A stretch of DNA of 64,000 nt, taken from positions 168,423 through 232,422 of the forward strand of contig JBILLK010000015.1 of assembly GCA_044376115.1 (NCBI GenBank), in the 5' to 3' direction. The translations under genes and the position numbers were made by a program. Source of the DNA: Polyangiaceae bacterium. Its GTDB lineage: Bacteria > Myxococcota_A > Polyangia > Polyangiales > Polyangiaceae. Of this stretch, positions 30,006 to 39,340 are shown one piece after another (within the stretch, counting starts at the first letter, position 1; every line of letters begins with the position of its first letter). The notes below the pieces were generated by a model. The model worked only from the letters and a program-made list of their open reading frames with translations, was not told the DNA's origin and did no database searches.

Positions 30006-30478
30006 ATAGCCGACTAGTCACCTTGCTGGCAGGGGTTCTCTTCGGGGTTGGCCTTGCCATCTCGGGCATGACTCTGCCTGAGCGCGTGGTGTCCTTCTTG
30101 GACTTTACTGGTGATTGGAACCCGAGCCTCGCGTTCGTCATGGTGGGCGCTATTGCCGTCCACTTCGTCCTTTTCCGCGTCGTAATGCGCAGTAAGAAAC
30201 CGCTCTTCGAGGAGCGTTTTCATCTACCAACTCGGCGTGACATCGACCCGCGCTTGCTCCTGGGAGCCGCCATCTTCGGTATCGGCTGGGGGCTTGGTGG
30301 CTTCTGCCCGGGACCTGCACTCACCTCTGCGGCTGCGGGCTTTTTCCCAGCCATTGTCTTCATCGCGGCCATGACAGCGGGGATGCTCCTCGAGCACGCC
30401 ACGTCCGCGAAGCTTTCTCGTTTGGAGTCTGCACCATGGAAATCCAAGAGTTCTACGATCCAGCCACCTTTACTCTGA
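30002..30478 (+). CDS. YeeE/YedE (DUF6691-like) transporter, C-half type
   Basis: GLAISGM...FLD..GDWNPSLAFVM, FGIGWGLGGFCPGP; ATGA overlap with the upstream gene. Confidence 0.88.
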   Translation: MNSRLVTLLAGVLFGVGLAISGMTLPERVVSFLDFTGDWNPSLAFVMVGAIAVHFVLFRVVMRSKKPLFEERFHLPTRRDIDPRLLLGAAIFGIGWGLGGFCPGPALTSAAAGFFPAIVFIAAMTAGMLLEHATSAKLSRLESAPWKSKSSTIQPPLL

Positions 30479-31323
30479 CCTTCGTCGTCTTCGACGCGAA
30501 AACGCGCGACGCCGTCGTCATCGATCCGGTCCTCGACTTTGACCCGCTTTCCGCATCGACCTCGACGAAGTCCGTGGAAAAAGTGGCGGCGTTCGTGAGG
30601 GAGAAGCAACTCAACCTTCACTACGTTCTTGAGACGCACGCGCACGCCGACCACCTGTCAGCGTCGCAATGGCTGCACAAGCATCTAGGCGCCAAGATCG
30701 CCATTGGAGCTCGCATCCGAGAGGTCCAGGATACCTTCAAGGGCGTATTCAACCTCGGCCCTGACTTCAAAGCAGATGGCTCACAGTTCCACCTCCTGCT
30801 TGAAGACGGGCAACCGGTGAGTGCCGGCACGATCAACATTAAGGTACTGTCCACGCCGGGGCACACCCCCGCGTGCGTAAGCTTCCTGATCGATGACGCC
30901 CTGTTCACCGGCGACGCGCTGTTCATGGACGATTACGGAACTGGTCGCTGTGACTTTCCACGTGGAAGCGCGAGCGACCTATTCGACTCGATCCAGAAGC
31001 TTTACGCGCTCCCCGAGGCGACGCGAGTGTTCGTTGGGCACGACTATCAACCGCAAGGAAGGGCGGTGGCTTGGGAAACGACCATCGGCAAGTCGAAGGA
31101 GCGCAATATCCAACTACGGGCCTCGACCAAGAAGGACGACTTCGTTGCGGCACGACAGAAGCGAGACGCAACGCTGGCACCACCGCGACTGCTGTTCCAG
31201 AGCGTCCAGGTGAATATTGATGCGGGCAAACTGCCGTCGCCCCAAGCCAACGGCATGCGCTACCTGACCATCCCGCTCAACATGAAGACCAAGACAGACG
31301 ACGCCGGGGATCCGCAGGGCTGA
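30436..31323 (+). CDS. Persulfide (sulfur) dioxygenase, MBL fold, SdoA/Blh-like
   Basis: IDPVLDFD, ETHAHADHLS, TPGHTPAC, GDALF..DYGTGRCDFP, VGHDY. Confidence 0.85.
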   Translation: MEIQEFYDPATFTLTFVVFDAKTRDAVVIDPVLDFDPLSASTSTKSVEKVAAFVREKQLNLHYVLETHAHADHLSASQWLHKHLGAKIAIGARIREVQDTFKGVFNLGPDFKADGSQFHLLLEDGQPVSAGTINIKVLSTPGHTPACVSFLIDDALFTGDALFMDDYGTGRCDFPRGSASDLFDSIQKLYALPEATRVFVGHDYQPQGRAVAWETTIGKSKERNIQLRASTKKDDFVAARQKRDATLAPPRLLFQSVQVNIDAGKLPSPQANGMRYLTIPLNMKTKTDDAGDPQG

Positions 31324-31393
31324 ATCAGTTTCGCTCGCGTTTCACAATGTTTCAGCCCACGTGGGATACGCAGGATTCGACTGCCAGAGTCAC

Positions 31394-31409
31394 TGGCACG
31401 GTTTGAGCT
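31394..31409 (+). promoter_or_regulatory. Putative internal sigma54 promoter
   Basis: TGGCACGGTTTGAGCT (GG-N10-GC), with 12 nt between the GC and ATG 31421; three GTTTC repeats upstream at ~31328-31354. Confidence 0.55.
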
Positions 31410-31420
31410 AGGAGCTGACC

Positions 31421-32113
31421 ATGATTCTCCGTCAACTGTTCGACCACGAGTCCTCGACCTTCACCTATCTGGTTGCCGATGAAGCGACGAAACGTGCGGC
31501 ATTGATAGATCCAGTGGCAGCCCAGGTCGACCGTGACTTGAAGCTGATTGCCGAACTCGGGCTTACGCTGGTGATGGCACTTGATACGCATGTACACGCA
31601 GACCACGTGACTGGGGCTGGAGAGCTTCGGTCACGCACAGGAGCAAAGACTGCAGCCTCAGCGCTCGGCGCTCCCTGTGTGGACGTTAAGCTCAATGCGG
31701 GGGATGTCATCGCGATCGGCGAGCTCGAATTGAAGGTGCTTGCGACGCCCGGCCACACCGACGACAGCCTCTCTTTCCTACTCGAAGGGCACGTCTTCAC
31801 GGGTGACGCCCTGCTCGTTCGCGGAACTGGGCGAACCGATTTTCAAAATGGAGACGCGCGCACTCTTTTCGACTCCATCACCCGGGTGCTGTTTGGCCTA
31901 CCCGCGGAAACGGTGGTGTTGCCCGGGCATGACTACAAGGGCTTCTCGTCGACAACGATAGCTGAGGAGCGTGCTCACAACCCTCGCATCGCTGGGAAGA
32001 GCGCGGAGGAGTTCGAGTCGCTGATGCAGAGCCTCGCGCTAGCCCCGCCCAAGAAACTTGATATTGCCGTGCCCGCAAATCGCGCCTGTGGGCAGGCCTT
32101 GCCGACTGTTTGA
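31421..32113 (+). CDS. Persulfide dioxygenase, ETHE1-like
   Basis: RQLFDHESSTFTYL, THVHADHVTG, TPGHT, GRTDFQNGDA, PGHDYKG, AVPANRACG. Confidence 0.88.
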   Translation: MILRQLFDHESSTFTYLVADEATKRAALIDPVAAQVDRDLKLIAELGLTLVMALDTHVHADHVTGAGELRSRTGAKTAASALGAPCVDVKLNAGDVIAIGELELKVLATPGHTDDSLSFLLEGHVFTGDALLVRGTGRTDFQNGDARTLFDSITRVLFGLPAETVVLPGHDYKGFSSTTIAEERAHNPRIAGKSAEEFESLMQSLALAPPKKLDIAVPANRACGQALPTV

Positions 32114-32123
32114 AGGAGACGCC

Positions 32124-32483
32124 ATGACCGACTCACTCTTTGACCAAGCTGTTGCCCACGCAGATGGCTATCGCGATATTGAACCAAAGCAATTGAGCGA
32201 GCACGCCGGTACCACGCGGCTGGTGGATGTTCGCGAGCCCGATGAATACCTCGGGGAGCTCGGCCATATCCAAGGGACCGCCCTCGTACCGCTCGCGACC
32301 GTCTCCGCTGCGTCCAGTGGGTGGGATCGCCAAGCAGACATCATAATGATTTGCCGCTCAGGCGCCCGCAGCGGGCGAGCGGCCAAGGCGCTCGTCGAAC
32401 TCGGCTTTACGCGGGTGATGAACATGAAGGGTGGCATGCTCGCTTGGAACCAAGCTGGGCTAGCCGTCAAACGGGTGCCGTAA
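32124..32483 (+). CDS. Rhodanese-like sulfurtransferase
   Basis: DVREPDEY...GHI, CRSGARS active-site loop, GGMLAW. Confidence 0.9.
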   Translation: MTDSLFDQAVAHADGYRDIEPKQLSEHAGTTRLVDVREPDEYLGELGHIQGTALVPLATVSAASSGWDRQADIIMICRSGARSGRAAKALVELGFTRVMNMKGGMLAWNQAGLAVKRVP

Positions 32484-33394
32484 TGGACATTGCGCTTCCC
32501 ACGCTCGTTCTCGCTCTCGCCTTAGCCGTCTTCGTCGGCATCTCGCTCGGAATGTTGGGCGGCGGCGGCTCCATTCTGACCGTACCGCTCTTGGTTTATG
32601 TTCTCGGCCTCCCCGCTCACGAGGCAATCGCCGCCTCCTTGTTGGTCGTTGGTACTACCAGCGTAGCCGCGTTGGTACCCCACGCCCGCGCCGGCCGAGT
32701 CAAGTGGCAGACTGGCCTCTTCTTCGGATTGGCTAGTATGGTAGGCGCCTATTCAGCCGGGCGCGTCGCCAAGCTGTTACCTGCCACTGCCTTGCTCCTA
32801 CTATTCGGCGGAATGATGTTGATTACGGCCGTGTTCATGATGCGCGGACGCAAGACCGACGACAAGCCGCAGACGGCCGTCGCACAAAGCGAGCTCAAGC
32901 GCATTGCCTTCGTCGCGGGGGAAGGCCTCTTGGTCGGAGCTTTTACGGGTCTAGTGGGGGCAGGAGGAGGCTTCCTGGTGGTCCCTGCGTTAGTGCTGCT
33001 TGGTGGTCTATCGATGCAGAACGCGGTTGGCACTTCGCTGCTCGTGATTGCAATGAAGTCCTTTGCCGGTTTTGCCGGTTATCTATCTTCTACGCCGATC
33101 AATTGGTCATTGGCCGGGATGGTTACGCTTGCGGCCGTAGTCGGTAGCTTTGCTGGAGCCAAACTAGCCGGCAAAGTGCCACCGGATATGCTGCGCAAAG
33201 GGTTTGCGTGGTTCGTAGTTGTGATGGCCGTCTTCATTCTGTCGCAAGAGGTACCCAAGGCCTTCGGACTAAGCTTTAATCTCGCGAAGAATTGGCCCAT
33301 TGAACTAGCGCTGCTGGCGGTGCCCGTGACCGCTGCGGTGGTGAGCCTTTCGCGGAGTCGCCCCCTCAGTCCGCCGCGCCCGGCGGCGCAGTAA
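32483..33394 (+). CDS. tauE: TauE/SafE sulfite exporter family membrane protein
   Basis: LGGGGSILTVP and VGAGGGFLVVPAL repeats; TAATG coupling to the rhodanese gene. Confidence 0.85.
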   Translation: MDIALPTLVLALALAVFVGISLGMLGGGGSILTVPLLVYVLGLPAHEAIAASLLVVGTTSVAALVPHARAGRVKWQTGLFFGLASMVGAYSAGRVAKLLPATALLLLFGGMMLITAVFMMRGRKTDDKPQTAVAQSELKRIAFVAGEGLLVGAFTGLVGAGGGFLVVPALVLLGGLSMQNAVGTSLLVIAMKSFAGFAGYLSSTPINWSLAGMVTLAAVVGSFAGAKLAGKVPPDMLRKGFAWFVVVMAVFILSQEVPKAFGLSFNLAKNWPIELALLAVPVTAAVVSLSRSRPLSPPRPAAQ

Positions 33395-33487
33395 CAGAGT
33401 CGAACGGGTTACCCAGCCGATTCCTTACAGTCGCGAACTTTATTCGCATAGTTAGATCGAGGCCGGAACTCATGCGTCTTTCGGGGC

Positions 33488-34195
33488 ATGAGTTCCACCT
33501 TCGCCCCATCGGTATCGCTCCTCGCAGCCCTCTTCTCCCTCGCGGCGTGTGCAACTGCAGCTGCTCCCAAAACGAGTGCCAAGCCTGACCCCGTCACGCC
33601 TGACTCAGTGTCCAAGCCCGACGTCAAAGCGGAACCGGCCAAAGACACGGACACGCTTGCAGAGCCGGTGGTGAAAGCCGACCCGGCCGACCCAGTATCG
33701 GACAAGAACCGCGGCTTCGGCCCGTACGACACGCTCGAGGCCGTATGCGGTACCGCCAACGAGAGGTGCCGCATGAGCGAGCCGGTCACGCTCACAGGCT
33801 CGCCGGCCATCACGCGTCTGGCGACATTTGTGGAGCAGCCGATGGACGGGCAAACGCACTTAGCGTTCGAGACGAAGGAGGGATGGTTTATCAGCGAGGT
33901 CCCCGACGGACAGCCTTTTGGTGGAGGGCTCAGTCACCACACCCCCGCCGGAACCTACTTTAAGCTTGATGCGGCTATGCCCGACGGAGGCGGCGTCATC
34001 CTGCTTCGTCGGTACGGCCAGTCGTCCTTTATACCCGGTAACGGCAACATGGGCTCCCACAGCTTCGAGGAGACGGTGCGCTTAAAATGCAGCATAGTTT
34101 CTGGACGCGTGGCGTGTGGGGAAGGCAAGAAGGTCTTTTCACGCTCCTGCTCAGGCGGGACCTGCACTCAGACCGGCGTTGAACCCAAGCAGTAG
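33488..34195 (+). CDS. Hypothetical lipoprotein
   Basis: LAAC lipobox, Pro/Lys/Asp linker. Confidence 0.6.
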   Translation: MSSTFAPSVSLLAALFSLAACATAAAPKTSAKPDPVTPDSVSKPDVKAEPAKDTDTLAEPVVKADPADPVSDKNRGFGPYDTLEAVCGTANERCRMSEPVTLTGSPAITRLATFVEQPMDGQTHLAFETKEGWFISEVPDGQPFGGGLSHHTPAGTYFKLDAAMPDGGGVILLRRYGQSSFIPGNGNMGSHSFEETVRLKCSIVSGRVACGEGKKVFSRSCSGGTCTQTGVEPKQ

Positions 34196-34198
34196 CGG

Positions 34199-36154
34199 TC
34201 ACGGATCACAGTGCCTCATAGCCGCAAGGCACAGCTCGTCCCAGGCGTAGCGAGCGCAATACGGGTCTTCCTCAACCACCGCGCCTACGCACGTATCACA
34301 CTGGGCAACCAACGGGCCGCCAAGCCGAAGCGGGCTATGTGCACAAGCAGGCTCGCGACGAGCGGCCGGCTTCGAGAATGGTAGCGGGTCCAGTGGCAAC
34401 ACGGATAGGTCGAGCGATTGAGGCAGCCCCTGGTCGATGCCAGACACCACAGCACCGTCAAACGATGCACCGGACCAGAAGGTGATATCGAGCCGGGTCT
34501 CGCTATGGAACCAGGCGTCCTGCTCGAGTTCGTACACGAGAATACCGGAGGGATGATTGAGAAAGTAGATACGGTCATCAATCCGCAGCAGCGTAGTGAA
34601 AGCATGGGCTGTCACGCCCTCGAGTGAAAGCTCATAGGGCGTAGCGTTCGCGCCAGCACGAAAGAGAGCACCTTCGTACAGCCCAACCAAGTCACCCTCG
34701 ACCTCCGCGAGTGGAACGAACTTCGGATCATGATTGGCGGTCTGCTCCAGGGGCGGCAACGTAACCGCTAGCGGACGTTCATGGGTCAGCTGCGGAGTTA
34801 CGCGCATATCGCGATAAGTATCACTCACCGTGCGCTCAAGTTTGATTTCACTTCCAGACACCTCCAACGTTTCGACGTGACCGAAAGGCAAATAGGTTGG
34901 CTTACCAGCCCCATCCAGAATGATGAGCGATGGCACCACCCAATCGATTGGCTTCTGTTTGGTGCGGTCGAGGATGACGTCTAAGGGGGCGAGGCAGTAG
35001 CCATCAAGCCTGGGCGCCGCACAACCATCCTTTGACTCCAAGAACAGCCAGCCCATCACCTCGTCGACGTTACCCTCGTCAAAGCCATGATAGAGCCAAC
35101 TAGCCAAAGAGGCTTCAAAGCTCAATCGAGTGAGCCGATAGTGAATTGACGACGGCGCAGATTTCCCTTCGCGTATTAGCTCGACGAGCTGAAGGCTACC
35201 ATCTTGGTCAATGCGATCGAGGATCGAGGAGAGAACGCGCAAGCGTTGGCCCAAGTCTCGGGCGGGATTGAGCATCTCATTCCATACGGCAACGGGCGGG
35301 GAGACGACCTCCTTACTCGCCATGACCTCTGCATACGATTGGAGGCGACGGAACCCCTCCACGTAGTTACCTAACTCAGCTGCGGTTACAACCTGTAGTT
35401 CCCCGATCTCGCCCAAATCGAAGTTGGCTCCTAGTGGTGGATGCTCCGACCGATACGGGTAATCGAGCGCATGCATTACCATCCAGGAAGACTCTTCCCA
35501 AGCGATCGTGGTTGGCTCGTTCGTGAAGGAGTCAAGCCAGCTAGGAACCAGCGTCATTCCTTTAACATCGTCTAGCGTTGTACCCACCGGCATCGCACGC
35601 AACGCGGCGTTGTTGTTTGCGGCGACCTCTCGCTGATGGGCTGCATACAGCAATAGCTCAGGCCGTAAGCTGTCACAGCCCATCTCGCGCAAGGCATCCT
35701 GCAAGAGTTCCAACGAGAGCGCTTGGCCAGGACTCGGCAACGCTCCTTGCTGTGGGGAAAAGGCGTTGACAACGCTTTCATGAGGCTGACCAGTGCCAGC
35801 CACCGAGACCACTGACCCAAGCAACGTTGCCTGAGGACCGCGCAAGTTGAAGGCCTGGTAGTCCTCGAAGTTCAGCCGCTGGAAGAACTCATCTACGTCG
35901 CGGACCTCCTCTGGTTCCACCGAATCACCAACCGCGCCGGCGATGCGAACCCAGGCATCCTCCGGCAAGAGGCGCATATTCGGCTGGGAGATCGACATGA
36001 GGGCACGCTTCATCTCTCCTCTTTGCAGCGCATTCTGACCTAGCGCCGCCTCTTCCCGAGCAACAGCCTCCCCAGGCGGCAGCTCATTCGACGGAGCGCA
36101 GGACAAACTCGTAGCAACCATCGCCGCTCGAGCGGCATGAGCGAGTAGCTTCAT
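34199..36154 (-). CDS. Hypothetical lipoprotein with C-terminal myxobacterial Cys-rich module
   Basis: 651-aa ORF, LSC lipobox, C-terminal CAH...C..CV.....DPYC...WD..C motif. Confidence 0.65.
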   Translation of the reverse strand: MKLLAHAARAAMVATSLSCAPSNELPPGEAVAREEAALGQNALQRGEMKRALMSISQPNMRLLPEDAWVRIAGAVGDSVEPEEVRDVDEFFQRLNFEDYQAFNLRGPQATLLGSVVSVAGTGQPHESVVNAFSPQQGALPSPGQALSLELLQDALREMGCDSLRPELLLYAAHQREVAANNNAALRAMPVGTTLDDVKGMTLVPSWLDSFTNEPTTIAWEESSWMVMHALDYPYRSEHPPLGANFDLGEIGELQVVTAAELGNYVEGFRRLQSYAEVMASKEVVSPPVAVWNEMLNPARDLGQRLRVLSSILDRIDQDGSLQLVELIREGKSAPSSIHYRLTRLSFEASLASWLYHGFDEGNVDEVMGWLFLESKDGCAAPRLDGYCLAPLDVILDRTKQKPIDWVVPSLIILDGAGKPTYLPFGHVETLEVSGSEIKLERTVSDTYRDMRVTPQLTHERPLAVTLPPLEQTANHDPKFVPLAEVEGDLVGLYEGALFRAGANATPYELSLEGVTAHAFTTLLRIDDRIYFLNHPSGILVYELEQDAWFHSETRLDITFWSGASFDGAVVSGIDQGLPQSLDLSVLPLDPLPFSKPAARREPACAHSPLRLGGPLVAQCDTCVGAVVEEDPYCARYAWDELCLAAMRHCDP

Positions 36155-36406
36155 GGTGCTCCATCACCCACCAACGGGACCAGTTGCGTCGGCGTCCGAC
36201 TTTTGTTCACCGCCGTGAGTCTCGCCCGACGGCTCAGCCACTTGGGTACAACTCATTGAGATTGAGTTCTGCCCATCAATTTGATGACCGCGAGGAGCGC
36301 CTAGCCCGAAACCACGTTTCTGTGCCGTAGATCAGCACTCGGGCTTAGGCACGCTTCTAGCTCCGGCTGTACGGCGAGATGGTCACCAAACTGAGGGCGT
36401 TGCAGC

Positions 36407-36555
36407 ATGAATAGGATCCGAGGTGCGTGGTGGCTGTTCTACGCAGCCGTCACCGCGGCTTGGCTGATGGTTGAGCCCGGCGTGTTCACGACAACATCGT
36501 TTATCCCGCTTCGCAACCTGATGGTCCAGTACAGCGGACTACTCGCAATCGCTTC
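36407..36555 (+). pseudogene. N-terminal fragment of a ferric-reductase-like transmembrane oxidoreductase
   Basis: MNRIRGAWW...LRNLMVQYSGLLAI resembles the first helices of that family, then breaks abruptly into vgrG-like sequence. Confidence 0.5.
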
Positions 36556-36581
36556 GCCTCACCTTCGCAGGGATCCCGTCG

Positions 36582-37388
36582 GTGTCGGTCCCCGGGCCGA
36601 AGGACATGATGAAGACGCTTGTGCCTCATACGTTGGGAGCTGCGGCCGACGCAGTCGGTGGTTCGGGCGTGTTCGCGAGTTCGCTCGTTGATCTAGGCTC
36701 TGGCGCGCGGCTAGGAGACGTGGCGAAGTCCGCGGGCGAGTCGATGGCGAACGCTGCAATCGGCGCGATGCAAGGCGGCGGCGACGTTGGGCAGGCGGTG
36801 ACGTCAGCGTTGGGGCTGCCATCGGGAGGAGACCTTGGTAGCGCGATGAAGTCGCTCGTCCCAACAGGGGATCAGCTCGGGAACATGGCCAAAGGGATGG
36901 CCTTGGACATGCTGCTCAAAGGGACGATCACGCGCGACGTGCGCAAGCGCCTCACGCGCGTGGTGGGTGGAGCCTGGGTCGCCTTTGCCGGCGGGTCGAT
37001 TTCGAACAGCACAGGCAAGCTCTTCACTGAGGTGATCGGCGGACTCAAACTGACGACCTCGGTTCAGAGCAGCATCTCGCAAACAGCAGGGAAATTCCTT
37101 GTGGATACGGTGGGTGGGATGGTCATGCGTAAGTCGAAGGACGACATGAGCATGTCCTCCAAGCGTTCCGTCGTTCGCATTGGTGCGGCAGCAACGCTCC
37201 ACTCAGACGAGCTGATGGAGCTGCGCGGTAGGGAGATAGAGATCGAAGGCCAAACGAGCGTGACGCTGCGCTCAGGTGACCTCTTGATCGAGATGACGCC
37301 AAACGCGACGACCATCAAAGGGACCCTCAAGGTCTCGAGCGGCGACCAGATCAAGATCGCCGGAAACCCTGACGAACTCACGGCCTGA
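36582..37388 (+). pseudogene. vgrG: 5'-truncated type VI secretion VgrG, C-terminal beta-helix region
   Basis: Repeated TRVVGG/TEVIGG/VDTVGG units and the IEIEGQTSVTLRSG...IEMTP...IKG tail; no gp27-like N-terminus. Confidence 0.6.
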
Positions 37389-37521
37389 TCGCCCCGTCAT
37401 CGTCGGCTCAATCCCCAACCCGGTTACGCCCTCCCCGGTCGACGTTGGCGTCAACACGCTCAACCGCATCAAGACAGTATCTGGCGTCCTCATCGAAATC
37501 GGCGACGACCGGCTCGGATGA
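37384..37521 (+). pseudogene. vgrG: 3' remnant of a second VgrG-like gene (gp5 OB-fold region)
   Basis: Hand translation PDRPVIVGSIPNPVTPSPVDVGVNTLNRIKTVSGVLIEIGDDRLG* carries the VgrG (G)DPDRP motif. Confidence 0.6.
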
Positions 37522-38147
37522 GCGTTCGCCTCGCATGCCTCGGCGGCGCACCTTCACCGGAGGGGCTCGCCGCCGATCTCGAAACCCTGTTCGACCTGCC
37601 GCCGACGGCCGTGCGTGCGATTTGGACGGTACTATCCCCCAGCCTCGAACACCCTATCTCCGCAGCCGTGGAGCAAAGGCTCGCGGCCTTTGCCAAAGAG
37701 CACTCGGTAAACGATAACGTGCTCGGCCGGGCCCTTCGTGCATCCCGGTTTCTCCTCCGCGAGGCCGCCTCACGCAACCTGCCGTGGGCGGTCTACGAGG
37801 CCGACCTTCGGCAACTAACCGACAATGAGGTAATTGTCGAACTTCACCGTGAAGGCTACGCCCGGGCAGTCGCTACGATTCGCGGGGAGCTAATCAACCG
37901 CTCGCGAACCAGCTTTGGCCCGAGAGTCGTTGGGCTCGGCTGGCGTATGGAACTCGGCGTCGCCACCCACGAGCTCGATGCACTTGGCGACCTCTTGGTG
38001 AAGATGCTCTTCGTCGTGCGCGAGGGCTCCGTGGAAAGGCCGATGCAGCTCGAGCTCGGCCTCGACGGAGTCCGCAGCCTCCGCGAGGCTTGCGAGGCGA
38101 TTGAAGCGCGGGCCCAGCAACTGGGGAGCGCTAGTCGCAAACCGTAG
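37518..38147 (+). CDS. COMM-domain-like (COMMD) protein
   Basis: Helical N-domain, then PRVVGLGWRMELGVAT...LVKMLF...MQLELGLDGVRSLREACEAIE, matching the COMM pattern (L.D..WR.D ... FE.....L..L...LE.I). Confidence 0.6.
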   Translation: MSVRLACLGGAPSPEGLAADLETLFDLPPTAVRAIWTVLSPSLEHPISAAVEQRLAAFAKEHSVNDNVLGRALRASRFLLREAASRNLPWAVYEADLRQLTDNEVIVELHREGYARAVATIRGELINRSRTSFGPRVVGLGWRMELGVATHELDALGDLLVKMLFVVREGSVERPMQLELGLDGVRSLREACEAIEARAQQLGSASRKP

Positions 38148-38180
38148 TCAGCGCCCGACAGCAGCAGGCCACCGAAGTGC

Positions 38181-38759
38181 TCAATAGCCAAACAGCGACC
38201 GACAACAGCTGTTTTGGGTATCGCATGCCTCCGCACCGCCAAAAGGCATAGCGCATTCACCAAGCAAGGTACCCCCCTTTACGCAGGTGCAGTTCTGGTT
38301 GGAGTCACAGCGAATCTCAACTGGCTGCTCAGCACAGATACCGCTGGACTCGCAGCCCAAGCCGTCATCAAGGAGCCCGCTATTCGTTTGACAATCGACA
38401 AACTCCAAACTGCAGAGCGTGAGCGCATGCAACGGAGCACTGCAGCCACCCAACGGGTCATCCGGATAATTCATTACACAGTCGTGCAAGATCCAATCGG
38501 GCATGCAGGCGAGCAGCCCCTCGATCTCTTCGTTGCAGTTCTTGGCATACAAGGACATGCAGCGTTGATGACAATCTTCACCCTCGGAGCAAGCGGGCTT
38601 GTCAGCAACGGCAGCGCAGTAGTCGAGGCAGGCCTGGGTAACGAACGGCTCATCGCTAGCTGTATTACCACCTTGGCCGGCCGGGTCATCGAGCACCACG
38701 ATCCCACCACAGGCGGATAACAGCATAAAGGTTAGGGCTTCCCGCAACCGACGCGCCAT
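38181..38759 (-). CDS. Cysteine-rich lipoprotein
   Basis: LSAC lipobox, many regularly spaced Cys. Confidence 0.7.
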   Translation of the reverse strand: MARRLREALTFMLLSACGGIVVLDDPAGQGGNTASDEPFVTQACLDYCAAVADKPACSEGEDCHQRCMSLYAKNCNEEIEGLLACMPDWILHDCVMNYPDDPLGGCSAPLHALTLCSLEFVDCQTNSGLLDDGLGCESSGICAEQPVEIRCDSNQNCTCVKGGTLLGECAMPFGGAEACDTQNSCCRSLFGY

Positions 38760-38794
38760 AGCGGCCAGCCTACCATGAGCCGAGCCCCTGCTCG

Positions 38795-39157
38795 CTACTC
38801 GTCGCGATGGACCGTGCTTGGCGAGAAGGCTGGCAGACAGATAGCGATGTATTCAGCGCCCTCTTCCCCTGGCGTGGAGTACCGCACCCACTCGCCCGCT
38901 TCGGTGATCACGGCTTGCCCAGCCTCGACGTCGAGCGCGCCGGCCTCGTGCTCGACCCGCAAAAGCCCGCGCAGAACGACCGTGAACTCACGAAACTCTG
39001 GCCGTTGCCCCGGCTCGATCCAACCACCGGGGCTCCGCATATGCGCGACGCTCGTGCCTTCATCTCCGGTGTTCACACGTCCAACGAACTCATCGATGAG
39101 CTTGGGCTTGTTGCCGGCGGAGGTAATGCGAGTGGGCTTTGCGATCAATGTGGGCAT
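38795..39157 (-). CDS. Cupin domain protein (EutQ-like)
   Basis: MPTLIAKPTRI..AGNKPKLIDEFVG...WIEPGQRPEFREFT...WVRYSTP...PAFSPSTVHRD. Confidence 0.8.
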   Translation of the reverse strand: MPTLIAKPTRITSAGNKPKLIDEFVGRVNTGDEGTSVAHMRSPGGWIEPGQRPEFREFTVVLRGLLRVEHEAGALDVEAGQAVITEAGEWVRYSTPGEEGAEYIAICLPAFSPSTVHRDE

Positions 39158-39340
39158 AGCGTGCCACGTAGTCCGCAGCGGAACGCGAGACAAGCCGCGC
39201 GCGGCGTATTGGCACGTAGAGCGCATTGGCGGACACCAGCCCTCAGCTGCCGACCGCCAGCAAAGGAGTTCGATTCCTAGGCCCTTTCCGCGCGTTTTCG
39301 CTTGGTCGCCGTTGGCATCGCAACTGCACTGGTGCCGCCT

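Noticed and set aside
36250..36362. Short palindromes (AACTCA-N7-TGAGTT, CATCAA-T-TTGATG) and a weak GG-N10-GC motif
   Set aside because: Plausible operator or promoter sites, but too short to separate from chance and upstream of a pseudogene.
36582..38147. Functional T6SS locus
   Set aside because: Only truncated vgrG pieces are present; no tss core, hcp or PAAR genes are in the window.
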